DNA of 64,000 nucleotides from Clostridia bacterium (GTDB lineage: Bacteria > Bacillota > Clostridia > Oscillospirales > CAG-272). The DNA is taken from positions 6,981-70,980 of the forward strand of contig JAFTJE010000017.1 in NCBI GenBank assembly GCA_017456545.1. The letters are read 5' to 3'. The translations under genes were made by a program, and so were the position numbers. Below are positions 45,968-56,418 of the stretch, one piece after another (positions within the stretch are counted from its first letter, which is position 1; each line of letters begins with the position of its first letter). Below the pieces are notes generated by a model that saw only the letters and a list, made by a program, of their open reading frames with translations, searched no databases and had not been told where the DNA came from.

Positions 45968-46540
45968 ATGAAAATAAAATACCCAATTATAGTCGAGGGT
46001 AAGTATGACAAAATAAAAATAACCTCTCTCTTTGACGCTACGGTCATTACTACAGAGGGCTTTGGTATATTTAATAAGTCGGAAAAGCTTTCTCTTATCC
46101 GTTCCTTGGCTCAAAAGGAGGGGAAGATAATTCTCTTAACAGACTCCGACGGTGGAGGGCATCTTATCCGTTCCCACATTAAAACAGCCATTAGCCCCGA
46201 TAAAATAATCAATCTATATACTCCCAAGGTGGAGGGCAAGGAAAAAAGAAAGGCAGAGTCATCCAAGGAGGGAATACTCGGAGTTGAGGGCACCGATAAG
46301 GATACGCTTATCCGTTTGCTTTTCCCATTTTGTGATGAAAACAGTGGAGAGAGTGTGGATAAAACGCCAATTACAAAAGCTGACCTCTATGCATACGGAT
46401 TAAGTGGCAGACCCGACAGTAAAGCAAAAAGAGAAGAGCTGCTCAGCCGTCTTGACCTGCCTAAGGATATGACCTCCAACGCCATGCTATCTGCCATTAA
46501 CATACTTTATTCCAAGGAAGAATTTGAAAAACTTATATAA
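45968..46540 (+). CDS. Toprim domain protein (RNase M5-like / DUF4093)
   Basis: I place the start at ATG 45968 (MKIKYPIIVEGKYDKIK) behind RBS GAAGGGAGAAGG. Toprim boxes are IVEGKYD and LLTDSDGGG. Confidence 0.7.
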   Translation: MKIKYPIIVEGKYDKIKITSLFDATVITTEGFGIFNKSEKLSLIRSLAQKEGKIILLTDSDGGGHLIRSHIKTAISPDKIINLYTPKVEGKEKRKAESSKEGILGVEGTDKDTLIRLLFPFCDENSGESVDKTPITKADLYAYGLSGRPDSKAKREELLSRLDLPKDMTSNAMLSAINILYSKEEFEKLI

Positions 46541-46544
46541 GAAA

Positions 46545-46592
46545 AGAGCAAGAATAAAAGGATAATCACCTTCTGTTCTTGCTCTCTTTTTT
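46545..46592 (+). terminator. Intrinsic terminator
   Basis: AGAGCAAGAA (46545-46554) / TTCTTGCTCT (46576-46585) with an inner AAGG/CCTT pairing, followed by CTTTTTT. Confidence 0.7.
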
Positions 46593-46633
46593 AATTTACA
46601 AAGTATAAAGGGGTCGCCATATCTGACAACCCC

Positions 46634-46987
46634 TTATAATATTTGTTTTTCTATCCACGCCATTAAAAGATTCACACACTTTTCAATCTGGGTATCGGTA
46701 AGTGCTACGCCCTTTTTAACCTTATACCATTTACTCATACAGCCTCTGCAGCAAAGAGCACAGGCATGCTGAGCTATAAAAACAGGGTGACCCTTTGTGG
46801 GAGTTTGCCTACCGTCATTTTCGATTACGGCAGGTGCAAGACGCTTTGCAATTATATCATACGCATGGGAACGGATCTTATCTAAACCCTTTTCCCTGAC
46901 ATATTCCTTATCTCTTTCCTTCAAGTGAAAGGAGGAACGGAATTTTGATTTTGAAAGCCTTATGAGTGCCTCGCCTACCGTTGCCAT
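46634..46987 (-). CDS. DUF4186 domain protein
   Basis: I place the start at ATG 46987 (MATVGEALIRLSK...), 1 nt from the dxs stop. The boxes SKFRSSFHLKERDKEYVREKGLD and GHPVFIAQHACALCCRGC match my recollection of DUF4186. Confidence 0.6.
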   Translation of the reverse strand: MATVGEALIRLSKSKFRSSFHLKERDKEYVREKGLDKIRSHAYDIIAKRLAPAVIENDGRQTPTKGHPVFIAQHACALCCRGCMSKWYKVKKGVALTDTQIEKCVNLLMAWIEKQIL

Positions 46988-46988
46988 A

Positions 46989-48872
46989 TCAGATAAAGCA
47001 CTCCCTGATAGCATCCTTATCAATGCCTGCTGTTTTGAATATATGCTCATCCTTATCCTGCACTACAAAGCTGTCTCTTATGGCAAGAACAGTTATTTTT
47101 TCTCCCTTTGAGTGCTCATTTATTCTTGATGTCAGATTCATGGAGAAGGAGCCGTTATAAACACCCTCCTCGGCAAAAATGATATTTTTACCCGTGATAT
47201 AGGGTATAATCTCCTTTGCCAGTGTATCAAGGGAGGAAAGATGCTCTGCTACAATAATTCCAACGCTTTCGCCACTTTCCGTCTTTGCCTTTACAGCCTC
47301 GCACAATAGTCTGCCATAGGTAATAATCACATTGTCGGGAACGGAGTCTGTGTCGTAATCTGCGTACACTCCCTCGGCTATTTTTGTAACAGCTTTATCC
47401 TTCAGATAGTCGCACGCCATTTTATACTCGCCACCTGACGGATATCTTATGGCTGTGGGCCTTTTATTCTCAGCTAAAAAATATCTGTCAAGAATAGCTC
47501 CGAAGCTATCATAGCTTATGGGCTCCCATATATCCATACCGGGTATTTCGGACAAAAACGACACATCAAATATTCCGTGATGGGTAGCTCCGTCCCGTGA
47601 ATTAAGACCTGCTCTGTCTATGCAGAACAGTACGGGAAGCCTTTGCAATGCCACATCGTGGATTATATTATCGTATGCTCTTTGCAAAAAGGTAGAATAT
47701 ATAGCCACAACAGGGCTGTATCCGTTGGCAGAAAGTCCTGCAGCAAAGGTTACAGCATGCTCCTCGGCTATGCCCACATCGTAAAAACGCTTCGGATGTC
47801 TTTCCTTAAATGCAGAGAGTCCTGTGCCCTGCATCATTGCGGCAGTGATGGCACATACCTTCTCATTCTTATCGGCTATATCAGATAGCTTTTTGCCAAA
47901 AAATTCCGAAAAGCTGTCCTTACCTGCATTGTGCCCCCTTGGTGAGAGTCCGTGATATGAATCAGGGTTCTTTTCAGCAGGCTCATAGCCCTTGCCCTTT
48001 ACTGTCTTCAAATGAACTACACAGCATTTTCCCCTTGCCTTTGCAGCACGGAGATAATCCTCAACCACATCGGGCTTGTTTCCGTCGGCAGGGCCGAAAT
48101 AGCTGAAGCCCAACTGTTCAAAATAGTTACTTGCATAAAATATTGCCTTAAACTTTCTTTTTATAAAGCTCAAAAACTTTATTATCGGTTTACCTACAAG
48201 AGGAATATGCTCAAAGAATTTCTCAACAGCACCCTTTGTTTTATAGTATCCCGGACGGGCACGGAGTCTGGATAAATTCCTTGCAAAAAGTCCTGTGTTT
48301 CTGGATATAGACATTTCATTCTCGTTTATAACAAGAATAAGCCTTAAGGATTTTTTACAGTTATTCAGTGCCTCGTGAATCATTCCGCCTGTAAATGCTC
48401 CGTCTCCCAGAACAACAACCGTATACGCAGAGGAGCCGTTCATCCTGTCTGCCTCGGCAAAGCCTAAGCCTGCCGAAAGGGATGTAGAGGAATGACCTGT
48501 GCCGAATGCGTCGTGACAGCTCTCGCTTATTTTGGGGAAGCCAGAGATACCACCGGGATTACGCAAGGTTGAAAAATCCTCTCTTCGTCCTGTCAAAAGC
48601 TTATGAACATAGCTCTGATGTCCAACATCAAAAATAATATGGTCGGTAGGAGAATCGAAGACCCTGTGTATAGCTACGCTTAATTCAACTGCTCCAAGAT
48701 TGGAGGAAAGGTGTCCCCCGTTTTCCGATACACGAAGAACAAGCTCCTCTCTTATCTCTTTGCAAAGCCTCGGTATATCCTTTTCGGACAATGCCTTTAC
48801 ATCCGTGGGTGAATTTATGTTGCAAAGCAATGGTATATTTTGTTTTTTATTAGACTTTTTAATATCCATCAC
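46989..48872 (-). CDS. dxs: 1-deoxy-D-xylulose-5-phosphate synthase
   Basis: 627 aa with GHQSYVHKLLTGR, the GDGAFTGGM TPP-binding box and IAEEHAVTFAAGL. Confidence 0.95.
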   Translation of the reverse strand: MMDIKKSNKKQNIPLLCNINSPTDVKALSEKDIPRLCKEIREELVLRVSENGGHLSSNLGAVELSVAIHRVFDSPTDHIIFDVGHQSYVHKLLTGRREDFSTLRNPGGISGFPKISESCHDAFGTGHSSTSLSAGLGFAEADRMNGSSAYTVVVLGDGAFTGGMIHEALNNCKKSLRLILVINENEMSISRNTGLFARNLSRLRARPGYYKTKGAVEKFFEHIPLVGKPIIKFLSFIKRKFKAIFYASNYFEQLGFSYFGPADGNKPDVVEDYLRAAKARGKCCVVHLKTVKGKGYEPAEKNPDSYHGLSPRGHNAGKDSFSEFFGKKLSDIADKNEKVCAITAAMMQGTGLSAFKERHPKRFYDVGIAEEHAVTFAAGLSANGYSPVVAIYSTFLQRAYDNIIHDVALQRLPVLFCIDRAGLNSRDGATHHGIFDVSFLSEIPGMDIWEPISYDSFGAILDRYFLAENKRPTAIRYPSGGEYKMACDYLKDKAVTKIAEGVYADYDTDSVPDNVIITYGRLLCEAVKAKTESGESVGIIVAEHLSSLDTLAKEIIPYITGKNIIFAEEGVYNGSFSMNLTSRINEHSKGEKITVLAIRDSFVVQDKDEHIFKTAGIDKDAIRECFI

Positions 48873-48899
48873 ATCCTTACATACTAATGCTTAAATTAT

Positions 48900-48928
48900 A
48901 TTTTATCATATATATAATATTTTTTCAA
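48900..48928 (-). promoter_or_regulatory. Sigma-A promoter of dxs
   Basis: On the minus strand: TTGAAA (48923-48928), 17-nt spacer, TAAAAT (48900-48905) preceded by TGa. Confidence 0.6.
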
Positions 48929-48929
48929 T

Positions 48930-48967
48930 AAAAAGATAAAAGTCTCCCACAAAAATATGGGAGACTT
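48930..48967 (-). terminator. Intrinsic terminator of the GH2/MFS operon
   Basis: AAGTCTCCCA (48940-48949) / TGGGAGACTT (48958-48967) with an 8-nt loop, followed on the transcript by TTATCTTTTTATT. Confidence 0.8.
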
Positions 48968-48971
48968 GATT

Positions 48972-50705
48972 TTAATTTATCACTTCAGCCTCTTTATAAA
49001 GTGCTGAATTTAATTTTTTCATAAAATCGAGAGGAATCTTTATTTTGGCTCTGTCATAGGTAATAAGACCGTTTATTTCCTCCTCTACATCGGATAGTTG
49101 TGTGTAAACACAGGCAGAAAGTCCCTTACCAATAAGTGGCAGCAGCTTTTTCAAAAACAGTCTTTCAAGTCCGTGACACAGCTCCTCCTCAGATTTGAAT
49201 ATTTTATATCCAAATTCCTTTTCGCTGTACACATGGTGGGGAATTTTCATTGAATATCCACCAAATTCGCTAAGAACCACGGGGCGTGGGTCCCTCGGTA
49301 CCCTCAAGGGAGTATAATAGGTATGCAGACTGCAAAGAGCTGTTTTATCCTTACCCTGGTCATGCCATCCACTTACAGAATCTATTATTCTCGTATTATC
49401 CAGAGAAAGAAGCCTTTGCGTTATTTCGAAGGAGTCAAACTGACCCCAGCCCTCGTTAAAGGGCACCCAGACACCTATGGAGGTCACATTTTTAAGTGTC
49501 CTTACGGTTTCCTCCATTGCCTGCATAAATTCTTCTCTGCCCGATTTATTCTCACGGGAGAAGTATTTATAGTCGCTGTCCTTGTGCTTGAAACCGAGAA
49601 AAGGCATTATCCCGATATGACTGAATTTATACTCTCCACCACCGTTTACAAAATCCTGCCACACAATAAGTCCCATCAAATCACAGTAATAATACCAACG
49701 CATGGGCTCTATCTTTATATGCTTTCTCACCATGTTAAAGCCCATATTCTTAAGGAGCCTTATATCATCAAGCATAGCAATATCCGATGGAGGAGTCAAA
49801 AGCCCGTCACTGTAATAGCCCTGGTCAAGAACTCCACTCATAAAATACGGCTTACCGTTAAGCATCAGACGCTTCTTCCCGTATTTGTCCTCCCCTATGC
49901 CAAAGGAACGCATACCGAAATAGGATTCTACCCTGTCTCCGTGCTCATTTTTCAAGGTAAATGTATATAGCTTTGGATTTTCCGGTGACCATGGCACAAA
50001 GGGGTATTCAAGATTAATAGTGCCTGTAAAGGTATCTTTTATAATTTCTCTGTCTCCGTCATAAACGAAGATTTTATTGATTCCGGCACAGTCAACAGAT
50101 ATTTCCACACAGCTTTTGTCATAAAAAGTCCATACCGTCAGGTCTTTTATGTGTATTTTGGGCACATTTTCCATCCATACGGTCTGCCATATTCCACTTT
50201 GGGGAGTATACCATATTTTTCCGGGATTAGAGCTCTGCTTTCCTCTTGCTCCGTGGGAGCCCTCGGTAAAATCGGTGACCTCCACCCTGATTATATTTTC
50301 TCCGTTTTTAAGATAGTCCTGTATTTCCATACAAAATGGGGTATATCCACCCTTATGGTATCCAACCTTGTTACCGTTTACAAACACATTACATTCCTGG
50401 TCAACGGCTCCGAAATGAAGATAGGCAACGCCCTGTGCATAGGAGCCATCCAATTCCACGCTACGCTGATATACAAGCTTTTCATCCCTGCTCAGAGTAA
50501 AGCCCTCGGGAATACCGCTGTTTAACGCCTCGGGAGAAAACGGAACAAGTATTTTATCTGTAAAATCAGACACTTCCTCCCCTATTTTCGCTTTTGCGAA
50601 GCTCCAATAACCATTCAGAACAGTATAGTCTTCTCTTTTGAGCTGAGGTCTCGGATATTCCGGATGGGGTATTGTGTCTACATTATAATCTGTTTTCAAT
50701 CTCAC
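48972..50705 (-). CDS. Glycoside hydrolase family 2 protein
   Basis: 577 aa with the N-terminal box YPRPQLKREDYTVLNGYWSF. A sugar-binding and Ig-like region follows, then TIM-barrel boxes NMVRKHIKIEP, WVPFNEGWGQ and VLSEFGGY. Confidence 0.8.
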   Translation of the reverse strand: MRLKTDYNVDTIPHPEYPRPQLKREDYTVLNGYWSFAKAKIGEEVSDFTDKILVPFSPEALNSGIPEGFTLSRDEKLVYQRSVELDGSYAQGVAYLHFGAVDQECNVFVNGNKVGYHKGGYTPFCMEIQDYLKNGENIIRVEVTDFTEGSHGARGKQSSNPGKIWYTPQSGIWQTVWMENVPKIHIKDLTVWTFYDKSCVEISVDCAGINKIFVYDGDREIIKDTFTGTINLEYPFVPWSPENPKLYTFTLKNEHGDRVESYFGMRSFGIGEDKYGKKRLMLNGKPYFMSGVLDQGYYSDGLLTPPSDIAMLDDIRLLKNMGFNMVRKHIKIEPMRWYYYCDLMGLIVWQDFVNGGGEYKFSHIGIMPFLGFKHKDSDYKYFSRENKSGREEFMQAMEETVRTLKNVTSIGVWVPFNEGWGQFDSFEITQRLLSLDNTRIIDSVSGWHDQGKDKTALCSLHTYYTPLRVPRDPRPVVLSEFGGYSMKIPHHVYSEKEFGYKIFKSEEELCHGLERLFLKKLLPLIGKGLSACVYTQLSDVEEEINGLITYDRAKIKIPLDFMKKLNSALYKEAEVIN

Positions 50706-50716
50706 TGTATTTCTCC

Positions 50717-52036
50717 TTATTTACTACGGATTGCTTTTCTGAGAAAAGGAATTATTCCAAGCATTAAAAGAGATATAATCGCCGATGCCAAAAATATCTC
50801 AGGGGCAGGAATAAACTGAGTAGTCATTGTATCGGCAGAGTCAAGATCGGGTAACGGAATATTTCTTGCCTTATTTATAGCATTTCCAATCATAGGTCCT
50901 ACTACCATGGGAATAAGAACACTGAATACCATTCTGACTCCCTGGAGCTTTCCTACTGCATCCGATGGGGTGTAATCCCTCGTTACAGAGCCACAGAGTG
51001 CTGATATAAGGATATATCCTGTTATCATAACAAAGCCTGCAATGCCGAAGGTAATAAGCAAGGCTGTCTTGCTTCCCGAGTTGAATATATACATACCGAA
51101 AAGTCCTACGGTGAAAATCCCGCCTGCTATGTAAAGCATAAGTGTCTTATCTCTTTTGTCCGACAAGCGGGTAAGATACAGATTAATTACAGCACCGAGA
51201 ATAATACATGCACCGAATACTATACTGTACTCTATTACCGAAAACCCAAGATAGGTCTTCATATAAATTATAAGATAGGGCATAAAGGTCTGACAGGCTA
51301 TGCCATATACCATAACAAGACACAGGGTCAGGTATAAGGGCATATTATTTTTTATTGAAGATGGCTTAAAGCCGTAGAAAATGTCCTTTAGGCTTCCGTT
51401 CTTCTCAAGGCTGTTGCTGTCCTTTACCAGGAATATACCACCGACACCACACAAGGAAATAACAATGCCCAGAACCAAAAACAGCGTTGAATATCCCATA
51501 GCCTGTACAAGAATACCGAAGCCACCTGCAACAATAAGCATAGCAGCTAAGGGTAGTATGGATAAAACGCCCTCTACAGTTCCTCTGTATTCCTTTTCCG
51601 TGTTATCCGTTACCCAGGCATTAAAGCAGGCGTCATTGGCTCCGGAGCCGAAAAGTGTCATAATACAGTCTCCCACAACCACAGCACCGAGAGTAAAGGA
51701 CACAGCTTTTGCCATATCCATATTAAAAATCGATGAGGTAAGCTCCGGGGACATATATCCGAAGAGAGCAACGCTGACGCCCCATATTATATAACCTATG
51801 GATATAAAGGAACGCCTGTTTCCGATTTTATCAGACACTGTGCCGATAATAAGGGTTGCCGCTGTGGCTACAATACCACTGAGCTGAACCATAAGAGTTA
51901 CTGTATCGAGGGATGGGGCTACCGTTTCAAACACGAAGAGGTTGAAATACATATTTTCAACACTCCAGGCTATCTGCCCTACAAGTCCAAACAGCAAAAG
52001 TGCTCCCCATTTGGATTTAGAAAATCTTTTTTCCAT
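50717..52036 (-). CDS. MFS/GPH-family glycoside-cation symporter
   Basis: 439 aa with ~12 hydrophobic spans, including the box SDKIGNRR after TM2. It is adjacent to the GH2 gene. Confidence 0.8.
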   Translation of the reverse strand: MEKRFSKSKWGALLLFGLVGQIAWSVENMYFNLFVFETVAPSLDTVTLMVQLSGIVATAATLIIGTVSDKIGNRRSFISIGYIIWGVSVALFGYMSPELTSSIFNMDMAKAVSFTLGAVVVGDCIMTLFGSGANDACFNAWVTDNTEKEYRGTVEGVLSILPLAAMLIVAGGFGILVQAMGYSTLFLVLGIVISLCGVGGIFLVKDSNSLEKNGSLKDIFYGFKPSSIKNNMPLYLTLCLVMVYGIACQTFMPYLIIYMKTYLGFSVIEYSIVFGACIILGAVINLYLTRLSDKRDKTLMLYIAGGIFTVGLFGMYIFNSGSKTALLITFGIAGFVMITGYILISALCGSVTRDYTPSDAVGKLQGVRMVFSVLIPMVVGPMIGNAINKARNIPLPDLDSADTMTTQFIPAPEIFLASAIISLLMLGIIPFLRKAIRSK

Positions 52037-52038
52037 AT

Positions 52039-52335
52039 TTACACCTCATAGTCAAGGGAGAGCCTCTGGCTGACGGAGGGACGAACTATACCGTTTGCTA
52101 TTTCCACATGCAGAGGATGCTTCTGATACGCCATTAATGCCTCATTGCTTTCAAATTCCGAGTCCATCATAATATCTCCCGAGGACGAGGGAAGCTTATC
52201 TATGATTATTTCCATTTTGAGAAGACCGTCTATCTTGCCTGTAAGGCCCTCAAGAGCCGTCTTGATTTCAAGTGCCTTTTCATTTTTGTTTTCTATCCGG
52301 TCGTCAAGCTTCCAGACTATCATATGCTTTACCAT
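52039..52335 (-). CDS. Dabb (stress-responsive alpha/beta barrel) domain protein
   Basis: 98 aa, HMIVWKL...FESNEALMAYQKHPLHVE. Confidence 0.75.
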   Translation of the reverse strand: MVKHMIVWKLDDRIENKNEKALEIKTALEGLTGKIDGLLKMEIIIDKLPSSSGDIMMDSEFESNEALMAYQKHPLHVEIANGIVRPSVSQRLSLDYEV

Positions 52336-52457
52336 AAATTACACCTCGTATTATTTTAGTTATATTAATTGTAGCACATTAATGACAAAATTTCAATGTA
52401 GATTGATTTTATTGGCGTTATATGATAAAATAGTATCAAGACCGAGGAGGTGTTTTT

Positions 52458-53372
52458 ATGAACTGGGAAACCGTACAAACGATTCTGCATTATATATCCG
52501 GACCGATAATCGGTGCATTAATAGGATATATTACAAACTATATAGCAGTTAAAATGCTGTTTCATCCATATTACCCCATAAAAATTTTTGGCTTTACTCT
52601 ACCCTTTACTCCGGGAATAATTCCAAAAAGGAAGGGACACCTTGCAAAAGCTATTGCAAGAGCAGTAGGCGAGAAGCTTTTTACCGAGGAGGACTTAAAA
52701 GCCGTGCTATGCTCGGATGATATAAAAGCAACCGTAACAAATGCGGTCTGTGACAAGGTTGACTCTCTTATTATAAAAAGTCCGAAGGAAATATCACTCA
52801 GCCTTACAAATGAGGAGGGAGCCTGCAAATTCAAGGATAAGGTATGTAACCTTGTTGCCGAGAAGGTGGTTGAAGGTGCTAAGGAAATGGATGTAGGTGC
52901 ATTGATTGCCGAAAAGGGCTTTGATGTGATTAAGGAAAAAAAGTCCTCAATGGGTATGATTGGTCTCTTTATAACCGATGATCTTATATCATCTGTTCTT
53001 GAACAGCTTAAGGAAAAGGTAAACGAATTTATTGAGACCGAAGGTATAGATGTTATAAGCGAAAAGGCAAAGGGAAAGATTGACTCAATATTTGATTCTC
53101 CCCTTGCCGACAGTATAGATTTCGGCAAGATTGACAGATCTATCGTTCAAAAAAAGCTCAGTACAGCTTACGAGCAGCTCATATCAAGGGCCCTCGACTC
53201 TATAAAAGGTAAAATCAGTATATCCGATGTTGTTGAAAAAAAGGTAAATGCTATGTCCGTAAAGGAGCTGGAGGCTCTTTGCCTGTCCGTGATGAAGCGT
53301 GAGCTTGGTGCTGTTATTAACCTCGGAGCACTTATCGGATTTGTTATAGGAATAGTTAATATATTTATTTAA
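52458..53372 (+). CDS. DUF445 family membrane protein
   Basis: GYITNYIAVKMLFHPYYPIKIFGFTLPFTPGIIPKRKGHLAKAI box and a C-terminal TM. Confidence 0.7.
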   Translation: MNWETVQTILHYISGPIIGALIGYITNYIAVKMLFHPYYPIKIFGFTLPFTPGIIPKRKGHLAKAIARAVGEKLFTEEDLKAVLCSDDIKATVTNAVCDKVDSLIIKSPKEISLSLTNEEGACKFKDKVCNLVAEKVVEGAKEMDVGALIAEKGFDVIKEKKSSMGMIGLFITDDLISSVLEQLKEKVNEFIETEGIDVISEKAKGKIDSIFDSPLADSIDFGKIDRSIVQKKLSTAYEQLISRALDSIKGKISISDVVEKKVNAMSVKELEALCLSVMKRELGAVINLGALIGFVIGIVNIFI

Positions 53373-53395
53373 TCTACTCGGTATTCATAAAGAAA

Positions 53396-53426
53396 AGACA
53401 GAGAATGTAAATTTCTCTGTCTTTTT
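53396..53426. terminator. Bidirectional intrinsic terminator
   Basis: AGACAGAGAA (53396-53405) / TTCTCTGTCT (53413-53422) followed by TTTT, between convergent stops. Confidence 0.8.
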
Positions 53427-53437
53427 AACTGTAGCTA

Positions 53438-55252
53438 TCAGCTTGGTGCCTTGAGTATCCAAAGCATATTGTCATTATATACCTCAGTATATCCTGCACT
53501 TAAGTAAGCTGCCGATTCTCTCATACTCTGCTCTGCATAATTACCTCTCATAAGGAATACAACATAGTCTACATCTGTCTTATACACACCGTTTTCCTTG
53601 TGATAGAATACCTCATATATCTCTGCCCTTTTATAGAGATGAGGAACAATATATGTTGTACAGGCAACAGATGCATCGTCGGGTATATGCTCCTCAAGAA
53701 TATCGTCCATCTTGTCATAGACTTCACCGTTTATACGCCATTCATTAACATACGGTGCCATATTGGTGGATGCCAGACCCATAAACAAAAGCACGGTAGA
53801 AAGGCATGCTATAGCACCAAAATATTTCTTGATATCCGAGCTCATATCTCCTACATTCAATATAGTTATATAGAAAATAAATGCTGTTATACCGAAATGA
53901 TATTGAAACCTCAGGTCGCACTGATATACATAAGTAGACAAAAGATTTATAAGAATCGGTGTAAGAAGAATATATCTTGACATTTTTTTTGTAACAAATG
54001 GAATAAACGCCAAGGGTCCGAAGAGCTCAAGAATATATATCAGCTTTTCATAAGCATTTTTGGATGTCATCAGCTGAGAAAAGGCATAGGATGGATTTAC
54101 TATCAGAGTCTTTATAGCTCCGACCAATCCACCGTCTCCGTATATAAGATTACCGAATCTGGCATTGTCCATAATACCAAGACCGAATTTTGAAAGAATT
54201 GCATAGGCTATAACGAAATACGCAAGAGCTCCCGAGCACATCAGCACTCCTGCCCTGGGCCTTTTACGAGCTACCAAAAGATACACTCCGTAAATGATAA
54301 TGTAAATAAATGCATCCTCCTTTACAAGCAAGGCAAGAGCCGTAAAAACAACTAAAGGAATGTACTTTTCCCTCTCCCCGAAGTAAAATATCCACAGGAG
54401 TAAGGGAAGTAAAAAGCAATTTTCGTGGAAGTCATATACACAGCCAACAGTTATAGCAGGATAAGCACAGTATAAAACGGCTATAATGCCGGACGCCTTA
54501 TGGCTCATCCCCCTTGCCTTGGCTATAAGAAGCAACGGAATTACTCCACTCATAAGAATAAGTGCCTGTGATATCTGCAGTGTCTCCGCATAGGGGAACA
54601 GCCAATATATGGGCAAAAGCAAATAGCATATAGGTGACAGATGTACTGCAAAATGGGAAAGAAGCCCATCTCTTTCACAAGTGGTATACGGTATAAAGCT
54701 TTCACTCATATTATGAAACATATGGCAAAATATACCAAAGTCAAAATTCGGTGTGCCGTATACCCAATGCTTTGTAAGTCCGTAAAAGGCTATCAGAAAA
54801 GCAAACATTACTGCAACAGAGGCAGTTATAATTATTTTTGCTCTTCCGGATATATCCATTACACCCAGATTAAAGCAGCCTCTCCTGATAACATATACCA
54901 CAATAATTGCTCCTATTCCGGCAAGAGAGATAGAGGTCATTACTCCACCTGCCTCCGACAGTGTCAGAACAGCAAAGAGTGAATACGAGCCTATTAAAAG
55001 ATATTCCGGATATTTTTTGCTTGGAAAATAGTATTCAGTAGCAATAACAAAGACAGCGAACAAAATAAAAAGCACAGCTGTCACTATAAGACTCCAGGTC
55101 TTACCCTGAACGAATGCGAGGGATGTGACATTTTCCTTATGGATCAGCATATTGAATACTGCTACAAAAAACCAAGAGCATAAACCGGCACGGATCACTG
55201 ACTCCGGGAATAGCTTAAATCCCGGGTTTTTGAAAATTTTATCCCTTAACAT
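53438..55252 (-). CDS. Polytopic membrane protein, DUF2079-like (putative glycosyltransferase-type)
   Basis: I place the start at ATG 55252 (MLRDKIF...) behind RBS AAAGGAG. The longer ORF-track start would include the upstream terminator hairpin. The protein has ~14 hydrophobic spans and a soluble C-terminus. The box DFGIFCHMFHN resembles DUF2079. Confidence 0.55.
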   Translation of the reverse strand: MLRDKIFKNPGFKLFPESVIRAGLCSWFFVAVFNMLIHKENVTSLAFVQGKTWSLIVTAVLFILFAVFVIATEYYFPSKKYPEYLLIGSYSLFAVLTLSEAGGVMTSISLAGIGAIIVVYVIRRGCFNLGVMDISGRAKIIITASVAVMFAFLIAFYGLTKHWVYGTPNFDFGIFCHMFHNMSESFIPYTTCERDGLLSHFAVHLSPICYLLLPIYWLFPYAETLQISQALILMSGVIPLLLIAKARGMSHKASGIIAVLYCAYPAITVGCVYDFHENCFLLPLLLWIFYFGEREKYIPLVVFTALALLVKEDAFIYIIIYGVYLLVARKRPRAGVLMCSGALAYFVIAYAILSKFGLGIMDNARFGNLIYGDGGLVGAIKTLIVNPSYAFSQLMTSKNAYEKLIYILELFGPLAFIPFVTKKMSRYILLTPILINLLSTYVYQCDLRFQYHFGITAFIFYITILNVGDMSSDIKKYFGAIACLSTVLLFMGLASTNMAPYVNEWRINGEVYDKMDDILEEHIPDDASVACTTYIVPHLYKRAEIYEVFYHKENGVYKTDVDYVVFLMRGNYAEQSMRESAAYLSAGYTEVYNDNMLWILKAPS

Positions 55253-55354
55253 TTTTTCTCCTTTCAAGCCTTCTTTTTTTAATTTTACCACAAAAGTACG
55301 AAAAAGTAAATAGAAATTATTAATTAAGGGCTCGGCCGACTGTTTAACGCCCTT

Positions 55355-55392
55355 GCAAAAAGCAAAAAGGATGTCTACAAAAGACATCCTTT
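55355..55392 (-). terminator. Intrinsic terminator after the acyltransferase gene
   Basis: AAAGGATGTC (55366-55375) / GACATCCTTT (55383-55392) with a 7-nt loop, followed on the transcript by TTGCTTTTTG. Confidence 0.75.
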
Positions 55393-55412
55393 ATACTTTT
55401 AACAGACTGTAT

Positions 55413-56186
55413 TCATCCTTCTACAGAGACCTGCTCCTCTGCATCCACAGGCTCGTTTTCGCATTCTGTATCCTTGCTTAAGCTGTCAAAGCTCATTTTT
55501 CCAAGCTCGTTACATCTATCACAAAGTGCCTTTGCTATTTTTTCCTTGCTGTTTTCCCTTGCACTGAGCTCGGAATACATAACAGGCTTATCTATTATGT
55601 AAATATTTTCTTTTTTCTTAAAATATGTAACATAAATAGGCACATCCAGTCCTTTTCTGCTACAGTATTCGCAAAGCAGGGCAAATCCTGCATGAAAGCC
55701 CTCCAGCTCTGCAAGATAACCGTTAGTAGAGTCCTCCGGATATATTATTATGTTTTCTCCGTTCTTAAGAGTATTATAGCTCTCCTTAACAGTCTTAACA
55801 AATCTGTTGTCCTTATATGTGGATATTAGATTAAGTCCACTGTAAAAGAGATTGGTCAACGGGCTGGCAACAAGACAAAACACCCTTGCTAAATGGATAT
55901 TCCAATGCTTTTTCTCGTGGTAGTATACCTTAGTCTGATATTTGTACAGCTCAATAAGTCCGGAATTCATTTCGTGGGCTCCCCACATTCTGAACTTGCT
56001 GTTATGGTATATTTCAAATGCCATAGGTGCATCTGTTCCCTCATGGTTACTGAGGATAATGCTCCCCTCTTTTATATTCTCACCGTCAAGATATATAAAC
56101 TCAGGCTTCTTATACCTTATTTTCATTACCTTCTTAAGAGCCTTAAAGTACCATTTTCTTTTTCCTGCTTCTGTTTTTTTTGCCAT
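55413..56186 (-). CDS. 1-acyl-sn-glycerol-3-phosphate acyltransferase-like (PlsC family)
   Basis: I place the start at ATG 56186 (MAKKTEAGKRKW...). It has the HX4D box LSNHEGTDAP and a later IIIYPEDSTNG box. Confidence 0.65.
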   Translation of the reverse strand: MAKKTEAGKRKWYFKALKKVMKIRYKKPEFIYLDGENIKEGSIILSNHEGTDAPMAFEIYHNSKFRMWGAHEMNSGLIELYKYQTKVYYHEKKHWNIHLARVFCLVASPLTNLFYSGLNLISTYKDNRFVKTVKESYNTLKNGENIIIYPEDSTNGYLAELEGFHAGFALLCEYCSRKGLDVPIYVTYFKKKENIYIIDKPVMYSELSARENSKEKIAKALCDRCNELGKMSFDSLSKDTECENEPVDAEEQVSVEG

Positions 56187-56389
56187 ATCAAGCCCCTTCT
56201 CGTATATGTATTGAATTTGGGAATAAAAATTTACTGTCATTCCGACAAAGCGGTCATAAAAGCTCACTGTTGCATATTGCATTGATACGGCTTATGACCG
56301 CCAGGAATAATATCCCAACCAAATTTCATTTGTTCATGAATATTATAATATTGTAATATAAACTGCAAATAAACAATATTCAAAAATCG

Positions 56390-56418
56390 TTGACACATAT
56401 GGGTACAAATGGTATAAT
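56390..56418 (+). promoter_or_regulatory. Consensus sigma-A promoter of pnuC
   Basis: TTGACA (56390-56395), 17-nt spacer, TATAAT (56413-56418) preceded by TGg. Confidence 0.8.

Noticed and set aside
46988-47050. Longer start of the DUF4186 ORF overlapping dxs by 62 nt
   Set aside because: The internal ATG at 46987 abuts the dxs stop and still retains the whole conserved domain.
55253-55387. 45-aa N-terminal extension of the DUF2079-like ORF
   Set aside because: The extension would contain the terminator hairpin of the upstream gene (55366-55392). ATG 55252 has an AAAGGAG RBS.
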